A DNA stretch of 64,000 nt from Selaginella moellendorffii (taxonomy: Eukaryota; Plantae; Lycopodiophyta): positions 1,115,322-1,179,321 of the forward strand of contig NW_003314303.1 in assembly GCF_000143415.4 (NCBI RefSeq). The letters run 5' to 3'. The notes below the pieces were generated by a model. That model was not told the origin of the DNA and searched no databases. It saw nothing but the letters and a program-made list of their open reading frames with translations. Each line of letters starts with the position of its first letter. Position 1 is the stretch's first letter. This document shows, piece after piece, positions 24,805 to 36,818 of this stretch. The translations under genes were made by a program, and so were the position numbers.

Positions 24805-25321
24805 TGGCTAAATAATACACTAATTATAACACTATAGTATATAGACCATCCATTTGGGATTAAACCTAGTATTCTTGTATATAAGTATGGTCTAAACCCC
24901 AATTGATATATCTATTCCTATATATTTTTAAAAAATATATTATAATAATTATTTCATGTAGTAGTTGATTCCAATATGAAATATTAACAATACAATTGAA
25001 TTTAAGATGAAAGACCAAAGATGGAGGAGAGGGCAAAGAAGGGAAATCTTGCATAATCACAAATCAGTGAGGGTCCAAGAAATAAACAAAGAAGAGCACG
25101 GAAAATTGAGGAAGGGAAATCAAGCACGATTGAGGCGCAGAAGCGATTCTCAAACGCTCGGGAGGAAGAGAGGAAATATTTGCCAGGCTGCCAGGCTGCC
25201 AGAAAGAGAAGCTTACTTCAAACCAAACCCTGGGGTCATAACACAGTTTAAAATGGAAACCTCAAAATATATAAACGAAACCATTGAGCACTAGATAGAA
25301 TTGGAGACGCATTTAGCAGCC

Positions 25322-26579
25322 ATGGCGGAGGAGCGAGTGCGGCGCATCCTCTCGCATGCCGGGCGATGGAGGAGGACGAGCTGCCAGGGCGGCGACGGCG
25401 ATAATGCGTGTAGCAACAGTGAAAGCGAGGGAATCGCTGGCGAATCCTTCGACGCCACCGCCTCTTCCCTAAATGCGGGTCAATGGCGAGCCAGCAGCGA
25501 TGGGGGCTTAGGTGAGACTTTCCCCAGAATGGCGCACCAAGCCCTTCCTCCTTCTCCTCCCAATCCCTTGGAAGATCGCCAGAATTCTCCCAGCGCCGCC
25601 GCCGCCGAGTGGCCGGAGAAGGCAAATTTCGGAGACTCCGGGCTGGCGAAATCTATCGCAAGCTCCATCGCGTCTAGAAGCTGGGGATCACCTCGGCAGC
25701 AGCAGCAGCGCGATTGGCCGGTGGCCGACGATTGCATATTTTGCAAGATCGTCCACGGCTATTCCCCGGCATTCAAGGTACTGTGATCTCTCATGGATGT
25801 TCTTCGTAGATTTTTATTTCTTTCTTTCTCTTTGGCAGCTCTACGAGGACGACTTTTGCGTGTGCATTCTCGACATAAATCCACTGTGCTATGGGTATGA
25901 GAAACTTTGTTCTTGGTTCTAGAAACTCTGTCTAGATCTTATCATCGTCTCTTCCAGGCACTCTCTCCTCGTTCCCAAGGGTCATTTCCCGGCACTGGAT
26001 GCTACTCCTCCAACGGTAAGCATCCATTGTTTCGAGCTAGAACTTCTTCTCAAACGCTAACGCTTGGAGGATTTCTTTCTTTTTTCTTTCTCACTTTCTC
26101 ACTTGCTTGTAGGTAGCGGCGGCCATGTGTAGTGTCGTGCCTTTGCTAAGCAACGCGATCATGGGAGCGACTTCTTGTGGTAGGCTTTCTCATTAAGTTA
26201 TTTCTTTGTCAAGCTTGGCCGAGAGTCTATATAGTTTCTTACTGCTCACAGCTTCCAGATTCTTTCAATATGGTCGTCAACAATGGTGAGGCTGCCGGCC
26301 AAGTCGTGTTTCATGTAAGTGTGACGATTTCTACTTCCTTTTTTCTGGGAGTTTTCTAAGAGACAACGCTTTACAGACTCACTTCCACATTGTCCCGAGG
26401 TTCTCCGGAGATGGGCTATGGACAAACGAGGTACTTAAACGAGATTTTCTACGAGTTCTATGAGCTTGACTTGATGCATTTGCTCCCAGAGTGTGGTGCG
26501 CAGGCCACTGTCGACGTTCAAGGATCCCACTCAGCTCACACTCGCTGTGCGATCCATCCTGAGGAACAACGAGTCGTGA
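25322..26579 (+). CDS. HINT3: HIT-family nucleotide hydrolase (HINT3/adenylylsulfatase-like), spliced
   Basis: Spliced product CIFCKIVHG..AFKLYEDD..LDINPL..GHSLLVPK..FNMVVNNGEAAGQVVFHTHFHIVPR (histidine triad); GT-AG introns. Confidence 0.88.
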
Positions 26580-26956
26580 AAGCTAAGAATCTCTGGCAAG
26601 GTTTGTGTACTATTCCTTCGTGATACGCCCCTGGTCTATACAGAAATTCATCGCAGATTTGTATTCTTGTTCCTCTCGTTTGTTGGCGCGTCTGTGTCGC
26701 AAAGCTTGGCTGTCTGCATCGAGACTGATTGAAGTATCTCTTTCACTGCCACTGTTCGTTGATCTTCTAGCGTGCTTAAGTTTCCAGCTATGGCCATTCT
26801 CTTTTATTCTTGTTCCTTACAGGCGAAGGACGAAGGTTTGTCTTGGTCGAGACTGGACTGCCTGTTCTTTGTTTTTCTCCCCCTCGTTTTGTTCTTCTGG
26901 ATGGCTGGAGCTGTAAAGTTTTGGAAAAACACTTGGCAAGCACTTGAAAATCGTGG

Positions 26957-27442
26957 TCAAAATAAATAAAGAGATGGCAGCTTTTATGTTGGCAAGTCTA
27001 AAGTGCTGGAAGAAGAAAATGAAAAGATGAAATGTTAAGTCTAAGATTCGGGTCGCGGACTTTCTATCCAAGGTAAATGTATGGATCAATATATATCTTG
27101 TTGCATACATTCCTGACAATCTCAGACTAATCTTCTTGAGAAGATCAAGAAGGAGAAAAGACTAAAATAAAAGGCTTCATCCACTTTCAGCGTGTTAGAT
27201 TGACGTGAGGACAATTACACTAACTCCAATTAACTAACTAGCATTACTGAAGGGAGTTTTTGCTTTCAAAAGGTTGGAGGCTTCCTCCAATCTCCATCTC
27301 CAAACACTGTGCTCAAAATAAATAAAGAGAGTGCAGCTTTTATATTGGAAAGTCTAAAGCGCTGGAAGACGAAAATGAAAAGGTGACATCTAATTCTAAG
27401 ATTCCGGACGCCAACTTTCCTCTACGAAAATGTATGTATCAA
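26957..27442 (+). repeat. Degenerate ~130-bp direct duplication (26957-27089 / 27313-27442) upstream of tRNA-Val
   Basis: Shared TCAAAATAAATAAAGAGA..GCAGCTTTTAT..AAGTCTAAAG.GCTGGAAGA.GAAAATGAAAAG..CTAAGATTC. Confidence 0.8.
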
Positions 27443-27462
27443 CGTAGTAAATATCTATCTAA

Positions 27463-27536
27463 GGTTTCATGGTGTAGTTGGTCATCACGTCAGTCTAACA
27501 CACTGAAGGTCTCCAGTTCAAACCTGGATGAAGCCA
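27463..27536 (+). tRNA. tRNA-Val(AAC)
   Basis: Cloverleaf GGTTTCATGGTGTAGTTGG...TCAGT-CTAACAC-ACTGA...GTTCAAAC...GAAGCCA, followed by a T-rich terminator. Confidence 0.93.
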
Positions 27537-27782
27537 TTTATTTTAGTGTTTCTTAAGATTATAAGCCAAACGAGAATTTAGAGTCAAGAAGAACTTTTTA
27601 AAATTAACTACACGAAACACTACTTCAAGGAACTTCAAAATCAACGAAATTTAACGATTCATTAACATAATGCTGCTACTACTGAGACTTCATTTTGTCT
27701 TTGTCAGAGCAACTTTCATGGAATAAAAATCTAATGCTAAACATTAAACTTCTATTGCTTCTTGATTTTAAAATTTGGGGGG

Positions 27783-27975
27783 TTGGGTTGTGCCAGGCTA
27801 AGGCGGTAGTGTAAGGCCAAAGCGACACGTGGAGGACCAGGTAGCAAGCTACCGGTGGCCCTCCTCTCACAAAAAATTAGGTTAATAGCGTTGGGACACG
27901 TGGTCCCATATCAGCTATTAAACTGATAAGAACAGATACTACACTTGATCTTAGCCAAAAGGCCGAGAAAGGTAT
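27783..27975 (-). ncRNA. U2: U2 snRNA (copy 1)
   Basis: ATACCTTTCTCGGCCTTTTGGCTAAGATCAAGTGTAGTATCTGTTCTTATCAG..., Sm site AATTTTTTG. Confidence 0.97.
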
Positions 27976-27999
27976 GAATTTTCATCGCTCAACCCTCTG

Positions 28000-28046
28000 T
28001 TTATATACTCAAGCCCGGCACGATTCTGCGCCTTCGCATGTGGGAT
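28000..28046 (-). promoter_or_regulatory. Plant snRNA promoter: USE (ATCCCACATGCG) plus TATA
   Basis: USE at about -70 and TATATAAA at about -30 from the U2 start (Pol II-type spacing). Confidence 0.9.
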
Positions 28047-28093
28047 AGGGCGCAGGCTTATGTTGCCCTAATAAAGAACCCCGGCAAATATAT

Positions 28094-28122
28094 GGTCTCC
28101 AGTTCGAACCTGGATGAAGCCA
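28094..28122 (+). pseudogene. tRNA-Val 3' fragment (T-arm plus acceptor strand)
   Basis: GGTCTCCAGTTCGAACCTGGATGAAGCCA equals 27508-27536 with one difference. Confidence 0.85.
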
Positions 28123-28299
28123 ATATACTTTTTAACCTTTTCTCAAGAATGTAGATGCAAGCTACGAAGAACTGGATCATGAGATCGTTCTGGAGGATCG
28201 TCTCAAGCGTCTAGAAGTTAGATCGAGCTCTTGTGTCAAAAGCTAATCATAGAGTTTAAAATTGTCACGACTGTTTCTTACATGACACTAGAGAATGTA

Positions 28300-28732
28300 T
28301 CATGTAGTAGCGGACGATCTCTGCGCGCTTAGATAGTTCGTCGCCATACCCATCACCACAAACCTACAAACGAACGAGTAGAATCAGTAACAGAGAAACA
28401 GAGAGAAAATCCACAAACTCACGCCAGTGCCATGACCACTTGCTTGAGATCGTTCTCCAAATTCTTCATGTTCGCGAGCGATTGCGCGCAAAAAATGAGG
28501 GCGAGCCACGATCCGATCTTGTTCTACACCAGATCCATGAGCTCCAGCTCCAAAATCCAAGCTCAAAATCACTCACCCGGAGCATGATGCCGAGAATTCC
28601 AAACATCACCGCCAGCAAGCTCGAGTAATCCGGAGGAAGATCCTGCGGAAGCACCACCGGCGGGACATACGGCCGGGCCGCCGACGGCAGGCGCGGATCC
28701 GATGGAAGCGCTCCTCCCACCCCTTTGCTCAT
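28300..28732 (-). CDS. PAT complex subunit Asterix (UPF0139/WDR83OS homologue), 3 exons
   Basis: SDPRLPSAARPYVPP..QDLPPDYSSLLAVMFGILGIMLR|YKIGSWLALIFCAQSLANMKNLENDLKQ. Confidence 0.9.
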
Positions 28733-28785
28733 GAACCCTAAATTAAAATACTTCTCCCTATCCAGGCCCTAATTTGTAGAGCGCC

Positions 28786-29536
28786 ATGGGATTCAAGGAT
28801 GAGCACTCCTTCGGTAAGTCGATTTCGCGGACTTTCTCCATTCTCTCTGTGATTCCTTCCTCCGGCTAGATAGCAGACTCGCCGAATCGTCGAAAATTCG
28901 ACAGAAGTACGCTGATAGGATTCCGGTAAGTCCAAATCTTCCTTTTCCTTTGGATTTTCTTCGAAAATTTTGGGTGATCTTGAGCTTTGCTTGTAGGTCA
29001 TCGTGGAGAAAGCTCCGAGATCCAACTTACCAGCCATGGACAAGCCCAAGTAAGTACTCCATCGCTCAAGCTCCCCATTTTTTCTTAAATCTTTTCCTAA
29101 CCTTTCTACAGCTCCATTCCATCTAAGACTTCTACAGTTCTTCCCAATCTCATCAAAAAATTTCCATCTCCATCTCTCGAGCTCTCCATCTCAATCTTTC
29201 GAGCTCCTTTCCTTCATTTCCACGCTCTCGATTGACAAACTTTTCTTTTCTTTTGCAGATATCTCGTCCCCGCGGATCTGACAGTGGGGCAGCTCGTGTA
29301 CATCATAAATCGCAGGCTCAGCTTGTCCCCAGGCCAGGCGCTCTTCATCTTCGTCGGAAAAGTATTGCCACAAACAGGTAACCTTCTCGCGGAAAAACTT
29401 CTAGTGCTTGTTCCTAAAGCTCGAGTTCTTCCCAGGAGCCATGATGATGTCGATCTACAACGATTACAAGGACAAGGATGGATTCTTATACGTAACTTAC
29501 AGCGGGGAGGAAGTATTTGGAGGAGAAACCATATAA
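28786..29536 (+). CDS. ATG8: Autophagy-related protein 8, 5 exons
   Basis: [18 protein letters not shown]|VIVEKA..K|[32 protein letters not shown]. Confidence 0.95.
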
Positions 29537-29698
29537 AAAAAATCAAAGACAAACATTGTAAATGAAGAAATTTGTACAGATTTATATTGATCTTTGTGTT
29601 CATGTATTGGTTTTGAGGTGGTGTCGTGTGGTTTAAGTAAAGTTTGGGATTTTGTATAATGTACAAGGGCTTCTTTGTTGGAACGACTTTCGTCTTAC

Positions 29699-29770
29699 GG
29701 TCCCATAGTCTAGTGGTTACGACATTGGACTTTGAATCCAAGAGCCCGAGTTCGAATCTCGGTGGGACCT
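29699..29770 (+). tRNA. tRNA-Gln(TTG)
   Basis: GGTCCCATAGTCTAGTGG...TTGGA-CTTTGAA-TCCAA...GAGTTCGAATCTCGGTGGGACCT. Confidence 0.95.
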
Positions 29771-29839
29771 TCTACTTTTCTACCTTTTGTTTTTTCTTAA
29801 GTTCTTTGGAGCTAGCTAGGGTTTTTGGAGGCGAGCACG

Positions 29840-32050
29840 ATGCATTGTCCGTTTGATGCACGGATTCTCCTCGTTTTCGGCGCGATCGCATTCCTCGTGC
29901 TCCAGGTGGGAAATCCCTGGCGGAGATTTCACAGATCCGTGGCTCACTCGGATTTGTGTTCGTGACAGATGCGTTTGTTTGCCACTCAGTCGGATTATGC
30001 CGATCGCATTGCCGCAGCTGTGAGGAAGAAGAAATTCATGCGATTGATGAGCTAAGCTGCTTGTGACAGGTTGAGTCGGAGAATCGATGTATCAGTCAGC
30101 TAAAGGCTCTGATCGATCAAATAAGCTCACAGCAAGGAAGGATTGTCTCTTTGGAAGGTGCGTGCCAAACACATTTTGTTGTTGAAACGAATGATTAAGT
30201 ACGTTGTTTCGCTTAGAACAAAATAAGCGCCTTGATACGAAGGTTCTACAGCTCTCTACCAGAATTGTCGACTTTGAAAGTAAGCTCTTGGTTCTTTCTT
30301 TTTCGTTTTCTTGTTCCTTATTGCTCGTTGATGTTGTAGATCAGGAGACGTCGTCCCATCTTACAAGCGCACAGGTAAATGGAAGTGATTTTTCAGCTTT
30401 AAGCTTTTAACTTCTGAGTCTTTCACAGCCTGTGGCAGCCGTGGTCGTGATGGCATGCAATCGCGCAGACTATTTGGATCGAACAGTTCAATCTATTCTA
30501 AAGTATGTTGTTTGAGATATTTCTGGCCTCAACATTTTTTTTTTCCTTTACTCCTTTACCAGATACCACAACTCTGTGTCAGCCAAGTTCCCTCTTTTCA
30601 TCTCACAGGTATGGATTGCGTTCAGGGGGGACTTGTTTTTATAATGCTTCTGGCAGGATGGAACAGACCAGCAAGTTCGGCTGAAAGCTCGAAGTTTTCC
30701 GCAATTTACTTATATGCAGGTTTTGGTTAATGTGTGGTGTCCATCTATTTCCTTTTTAATTTCGTTTTCTTTTTCCTTTCAGCATTTGGATGATGAGCCA
30801 ATACACACACAGAGTCCGGGAGAGATAATTGCCTACTATAAGATTGCGAGTATAGTGCGATGCTGCAGCACTTGTATGCTGACTTACTTCACTTTTTCAC
30901 AGGACATTACAAGTGGGCACTGAGCCAGCTTTTTGATAGACATAGCTTCAGTCGAGTAATTATTCTGGAAGGTAATTCCTGCTTGCTTTTTCTAAAGAAA
31001 CTTTACGGTGTTTCTTATAGATGACATGGAGCTTGCACCCGACTTCTTTGACTACTTCGAAGCAACGGCTTCGTTACTGGATAAAGACAGGTAGAGTTTC
31101 GTGCTTTTATGCTGTTTGAATTTCTAATGTCCGATTAACATGGACAGTGGTTTTTTGAATGAAGCTCTCTCATTGCAGTTTCGTCTTGGAATGATAATGG
31201 ACAGCGGCAATTTGTACAAGATCCAGGTGCGTTAGTTGCTTAAATCGCTCTAGTTTGAAGCTTATGAAATTTCTGTTAAAACAGAGGCTTTGTACCGATC
31301 GGATTTCTTCCCGGGTCTAGGATGGATGCTTAAAAAGTCTCTCTGGACCGAGCTTGCGCCCAAGTGGCCAAAGGCGTACTGGGATGATTGGCTAAGGCTC
31401 AATGAAACTCGTAAAGGACGACAATTCATTCGACCGGAAGTCTGTCGGACGTACAACTTTGGAGAGCATGTAAGTTCTTTTGTTTCATTCTTCGTGAACC
31501 AAATACTTTCATGCAGGGATCCAGTTTCGGACAGTTTTTCAGGCAGTACCTAGAAACGATAAAGCTCAACGATGTTCAGGTAATTTCAACGTGGAAAAAT
31601 CTCATGAACAACTGTCATTCGCGCAGGTGAACTGGAAAGAAGAAGATCTTACGTACCTCATGGATGTATGCCACTGTTACAGTAACCCATCTATATTGTT
31701 TTCCTTACACTTCTACTCGCAGGAGAATTATAAGAAGCATTTCGCTGAACTTGTCAGCAAGGCGGTGCCTGTTCCGGCGCTGGAAGCTGCAAAAGCTTAT
31801 AACATAGACGGAGATGTGCGAATTGAGTACGATAGTCAGAGAACGTTTGAGGCCATTGCTCGTCAGTTTGGTATATTTCAGGAATGGAAGGTACGATGAG
31901 AACAGTCCTTTCCAAAAAAGCTGATACTTTACATCGCAGGATGGTGTGCCGAGAACTGCGTACAAAGGCGTAGTTGTTTTCAGGTGGCAGACTTCACGCT
32001 ATATATTCGTTATCGGGCCTCATTCTCTCAAGGACTTGGGCATAAACTAG
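29840..32050 (+). CDS. GNTI: Alpha-1,3-mannosyl-glycoprotein 2-beta-N-acetylglucosaminyltransferase I (GT13), many short exons
   Basis: N-terminal TM; VAAVVVMACNRADYL, IILEDDM, SSWNDNG, YRSDFFPGLGWM, WDDWLR, RPEVCRTYNFGE, DGVPRTAYKGVV. Confidence 0.95.
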
Positions 32051-34445
32051 AGCTTAAGGTGGATTCAAATTTTGACTCCTTGTTTATCATAGCAGGCTAC
32101 ACTGTTGAATTCGTGCCGACAAAAACATGTGAGACGGCCATCTCAGATAATCTTCGAGACGAGTGAATTCTGAAGTTTCCTCGTGGCCAATATTCCTCCG
32201 CGTCTTCAAACTAACGAATTTTTGCTGGTTCTTTTGACGAAATATACCAAGACAGGAACATCCGGAGGACAGCATACGGGTCTGGCAGGCACTTTTGACC
32301 AAAGAGCAGCTACTACGGTATAGTATACTGCTGGCCTCAACTACCTCAAACAACTTATTCTATGCATAAATTTCCAGGACTCTCTTCTTTTGGAGAAATC
32401 TTTGTCCTCGGCTTTGATCAATCTAAGCTCGGACTGTCCAAGGTAAACTTCTCTGATTTTTCGAGTTCTTTTACTGCCTCAGTACTTCTTATGTAGTTAG
32501 GTGTGGCTTTGAAGATTGCTGACATTAGTTATTCTGCCGCAGGAGGAATATAAGGCTACCCCTTCTACAAGGACAGGGGGGATAGAAGTTGCGACGTCAG
32601 GTGGTGGTAAATACGTGCGCTGCCACCTTCTGCCTGGCATCTGGGTACTTTCCCCTCATGAATGTCATTCATTGTTTTAGTAACTAGTCCTATTCTTTTT
32701 TAGTAGGCTGAAGAAGTCGCCACTGCAAATTTCTCCAGAGCAACGAAGCGACGCTATCAGCCAGAGGATTACCTTGGTAACTTTCATGGTTGGGGGAACG
32801 AAAGGCACTAGCACCAACCAGCTTTGATATTCTGCTTACAAGGTACCTTGTATTGCTTATGGTTTTCACAATGTCCCTGTCTCCTTTAATGCCTAGATCT
32901 CTCCTTTTACAAGATGGCAGGGACGACTTGATGCATCCGGCCAGTGCGGCAGCAGCAAAGCGATGCTGCTCTTTGCTACGGCAAGACTGCTTCGCTGCCT
33001 TTTCTCTGGCACTGCTCCTCCCCCGTGGGTGATTAGTAAGTTAGTAACATGTTGCAGTCGAGAACCTCCCTTTCTCTCTCATATTTTTCTCCTGTTCATG
33101 CAGGTTTTTTTCGTATCCAAGTCTAGATTCTTCTTTGCTCCATCGAGTTTTACAGCCAGATTACTTTCCACTCGCAATTTAAAAGCTCAATGAAAGACAT
33201 AGGTGAGGGCTTTGGATTTTGCCTCGTTTCTTACGATTGTTACCTCCAGACCTTCCAAATCGCTTCTCGGGACTATTTCACGACCAGATTGTCAGTTTGA
33301 GCACTGTGGCCAAACTATAAACTTTGCGGAGGTGAGGCATTTGCTGGCTTTGTCTCGTTGCTTACGATTCCTACTTCCGGCCTCTCCTGTGATCGATCAA
33401 AACGATTCAACGGCAAAGGCGGTGCGATCTTTAAAGCCACGGCACAGAAATTTATACGCGAAACGATTGCTTGCTTGGAGACTAGCCGCGCGCCGTCGAC
33501 TTATAAATGGGTGGAACATGGTGGCGGCTGACTGGCGTTGACTTGGAGCGAGTTCTTCGTCGAGTTTGTCTTTTTTTTTTTTTTTTCTTTGGTGTCGTTG
33601 AGCGTGTCAAATTGACTGACCAACGCGCAATGCAAGCAGGAGGTCAATGGAAAGATTTAGAGTTCATCAATGCCAAGCATTAAGATTTAAATATCCATGG
33701 GCATGGGCTGACTTTTGCAAATGGTTTACTCCTTGCAATTCGCGCAGTTTGTGTAGCTCAATGCGAGCGAATGAAGGTAAAGAAAGAAGCTTTGAGCGTG
33801 ATGGTAAAAAATGGTACTGTTTGCCTTGTCAACTTTTTTTTCTTCTAACTTTCCAGGCTCAGCCCACTGCTCATAACTACGGGCAGATGCCTTTCGTTTG
33901 TCTTGCATTGATAGTGGGAAGGAAGAAATTGTGCATCACAACACAACACACACTTCACTTTGACAGAGAGCTGAGATTCCTTTTCCACTCCACCGCCACC
34001 CACAAGCCCACATGGAAAAAAAGCAAGAATTCTATCTTCACTAGAGCTAGGCTTTGAATTGCTGGGTAGTAGGAGAAGAAAAAAATTGAAGAACAATCGC
34101 TCTTCCTGCTGATCTTCAACACATAATGAAGCAAACTTGATGATCTTTGGCCAAGGAGAGCTTTTCTGATGATCTTTGGCCAACCATACCCATCAAAGTC
34201 TCAGCCAGCCAAATACAGCCACAGATCATTTGTGTGTGCAACAACAACAATTAAAACGCCCCCAACAGCAGCAACAAGAAAAAAGAAAGAGGAGAAAAAA
34301 AACTGAGAGAGAAATGAGCCTTAGTGTGAAAGCCCAAGAAACTTCAAACGCTTAAATCTAAGCAAATTCCCCTAGAACATAAGCGCGTGCGTTTGAATGG
34401 GGTAAGCGCGCTTAACTTTCGTGTATAGGCCAGCCCCTCGCAGCA

Positions 34446-36818
34446 ATGGAGGCGACGGTGCTGGCGCCCTCCTCCTCCTCCTCCTCCTCGACGATGGCAT
34501 CCAAGCTCTTCTCCTTCCTCCCTTCCTCTTCCTCCCCTTGGCTATGGAAGTGGAGCTCCTCATCGCAATCGTTCTCCTCGGGAGCCTGGACATGGATTAT
34601 CACCTGGGCTCTCATCTTGGCGTGGTGGATCTTCCTTCACAGGTTCCGGCAGCGAGGGCTCCGCGGTCCCAAATCCTGGCCCCTCGTCGGCTGCCTCTTC
34701 GAGCAGATCGCAAACTTCGATCGCCTCCATCACTGGCTGCTGGATTACCACCACAAGACGTGGACCTTCTCCGCCCCTGTTCTTGGCGTCAACAACACCT
34801 TCACGGCCCATCCCGCCAATGTGGAGTACATCCTCAAGACCAACTTCGTCAATTACCCCAAGGTATAGCAGAGCTCGTCCCCCCCATTCCATTCTCCGAT
34901 TGCGCTCGCTCGCTTGATTCCCTGCCGCGCGGCTCCTCCATGCATTGATCGCGATTCCCCGACGTGGGCTTCTCCCAAAATCGCATTTTGATGCCGCTGG
35001 CCACCGCCCACCTGCATTGTCTTCTCGATCGCTCGTGGTCGGTGTTCTTGGCTGATTACTTTTCTTTGTTTTTCTTCCTTCCAGGGGGAGCTCCTGAGGC
35101 AGCGATTCCGCGACATGATGGGCTATGGGATCTTCAACGTGGATGGGGAGATGTGGATGCACCAGCGCAAGGTCGCGACGGTGGAATTCGCCTCGTCCAA
35201 GCTGCGCGACTACAGCACCTTCGCGTTCCGCGATCTCACGCTCAAGCTGGCGGGCATCCTCGCGGATCGATCCGGCACGGGCCAGGCGCTCGATCTCCAG
35301 GTCTGCGCAAAGATCTCTCTCACAAAAATCGAGACAATCAGCGCGAAAAACTCTTTCTCTCTTGTGACAGGACTTGTTCTTAAGGCTGACGCTGGATTCC
35401 ATCTGTAAGATCGGCTTTGGAGTGGAGATTGGCTGCCTACGCCCGGATCTTCCACTCATCCCCTTCGCGCACGCTTTCGATTACGGCAACACGCTCATCA
35501 TCCGGCGCTACATCGACATGTTTTGGAAGATCAAGAGGTCCTTCAACGCCGGATCCGAGCGGGAGCTCAAGCGATGCATCCGCGTCATGGACGATTTCCT
35601 CTACCGCGTCATCGAGCGCCGCCGCCAGGAGCTCAAGCAATCCAAGGACGTGGTAAGCTGGAAATCCAAGTTATTCCTTAAAGATTCTCTAATATTCGCT
35701 CTTCGTCTTCCTAGGGCCGCCCCGACATCCTGTCGAGATTTCTCTCGCTCGACGAGGAGGAGGCCTACACCGACAAGATGCTGCGCGACGTGGTGATCAA
35801 TTTCGTGATCGCGGGGCGCGACACCACCGCTCTCACGCTCTCGTGGCTCTTCTCGGAGCTGGCCAAGCGGCCCGAGGTGGTGGAGAAGATCCTGGCGGAG
35901 GTGGATCGCGTGTTTGGGGTGGACGAGGAGCTGGAGGGCAAGGATTCGATGAGCAAGAAGGAGCAAGTGCTCGCCAAGGTTGCCAATTTCTCGCGGAAGC
36001 TGGATTACCAGGGGTTAAACCGGCTACACTACTTGCAAGCCACTCTCACAGAGGCGCTTCGTTTGTACCCGGCCGTCCCTCTGGTAAGTGATACCAGTCC
36101 GAGAGATCGGGAGCTCATTTTTTCGATTCATGCTCTTGGGTCATCGCATTTTGCTCGAATTCTTCCACCGATTGCTCAAATTCTTCCACCAATTGTCACT
36201 CCTCTGCTTTTCCCCTGTTTTTCTTCTGGTTCCGCGGATTGCTTGCTCCATCTGGGTTCGTCAATTTCCATCACTGATTGCAAATTCATGCCTTCGATTC
36301 CACTCCTCGATCGCTGATCCGTTTGATCCTGCAAAAAATTCGTGGATTTTCTCGCAGGAGACCAAGACGGTGGTGGCGGACGATGTTCTTCCCGACGGCT
36401 TTAGCGTCAAGGGCGGGCAATTCGTGAGCTACTCGTCGTGGGCGATGGGCAGGCTGGAAGAAATCTGGGGCCCCGACGTCCTGGAATTCAAGCCCGACCG
36501 ATGGCTACGCAGCGACAACATCTTCCAGCCCCAATCTCCATTCAAGCTCACGGCATTCCAGGCAAGAAGAGAATTTGGAAAAGTTGGTTTGTTATTATTA
36601 TGTGTGTTCTTGACGAGGAGATCTTTCTTTTGTTCTTCCAGGCTGGGCCTCGAATTTGCCTGGGGAAAGATTCGGCCTACTTGCAGATGAAGATCACAAC
36701 CATTTTGCTGCTCAGATTCTTCAAGTTCGAGCTGCTGGACGAGAAGCCTGTCAACTACAGAATGATGGTGGTGCTCTACATGGCCAATGGACTGCTCTCC
36801 AGAGTTTCCTTCCGTTAG
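34446..36818 (+). CDS. Cytochrome P450, CYP86 clan (CYP704-like fatty-acid omega-hydroxylase)
   Basis: HPANVEYILKTNFVNYPKG, GIFNVDG, NFVIAGRDTT, EALRLYPAVP, FKPDRW, FQAGPRICLG heme motif; 6 exons. Confidence 0.93.

Larger units (their letters stand above)
16564..24935 (+). mobile_element. Old short-LTR retroelement with tRNA-Ala-type PBS; host of nested insertions
   Basis: Degenerate direct repeats 16564-16732 and 24750-~24935 (share TGTAA.GTTT, CTGGCTA..TAATACACTAATTATA, ATTCTT.TATATAAGTA, AATTGATATA); PBS TGGTGGAGATG at 16734-16744; PPT GAAGAGGAGGATGG at 24736-24749; no TSD resolved. Confidence 0.7.

Noticed and set aside
32100-34400. Possible gene or miRNA locus between GnTI and CYP704
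   Set aside because: Some splice-like signals but no coherent ORF; no match to conserved plant miRNAs I could recall.
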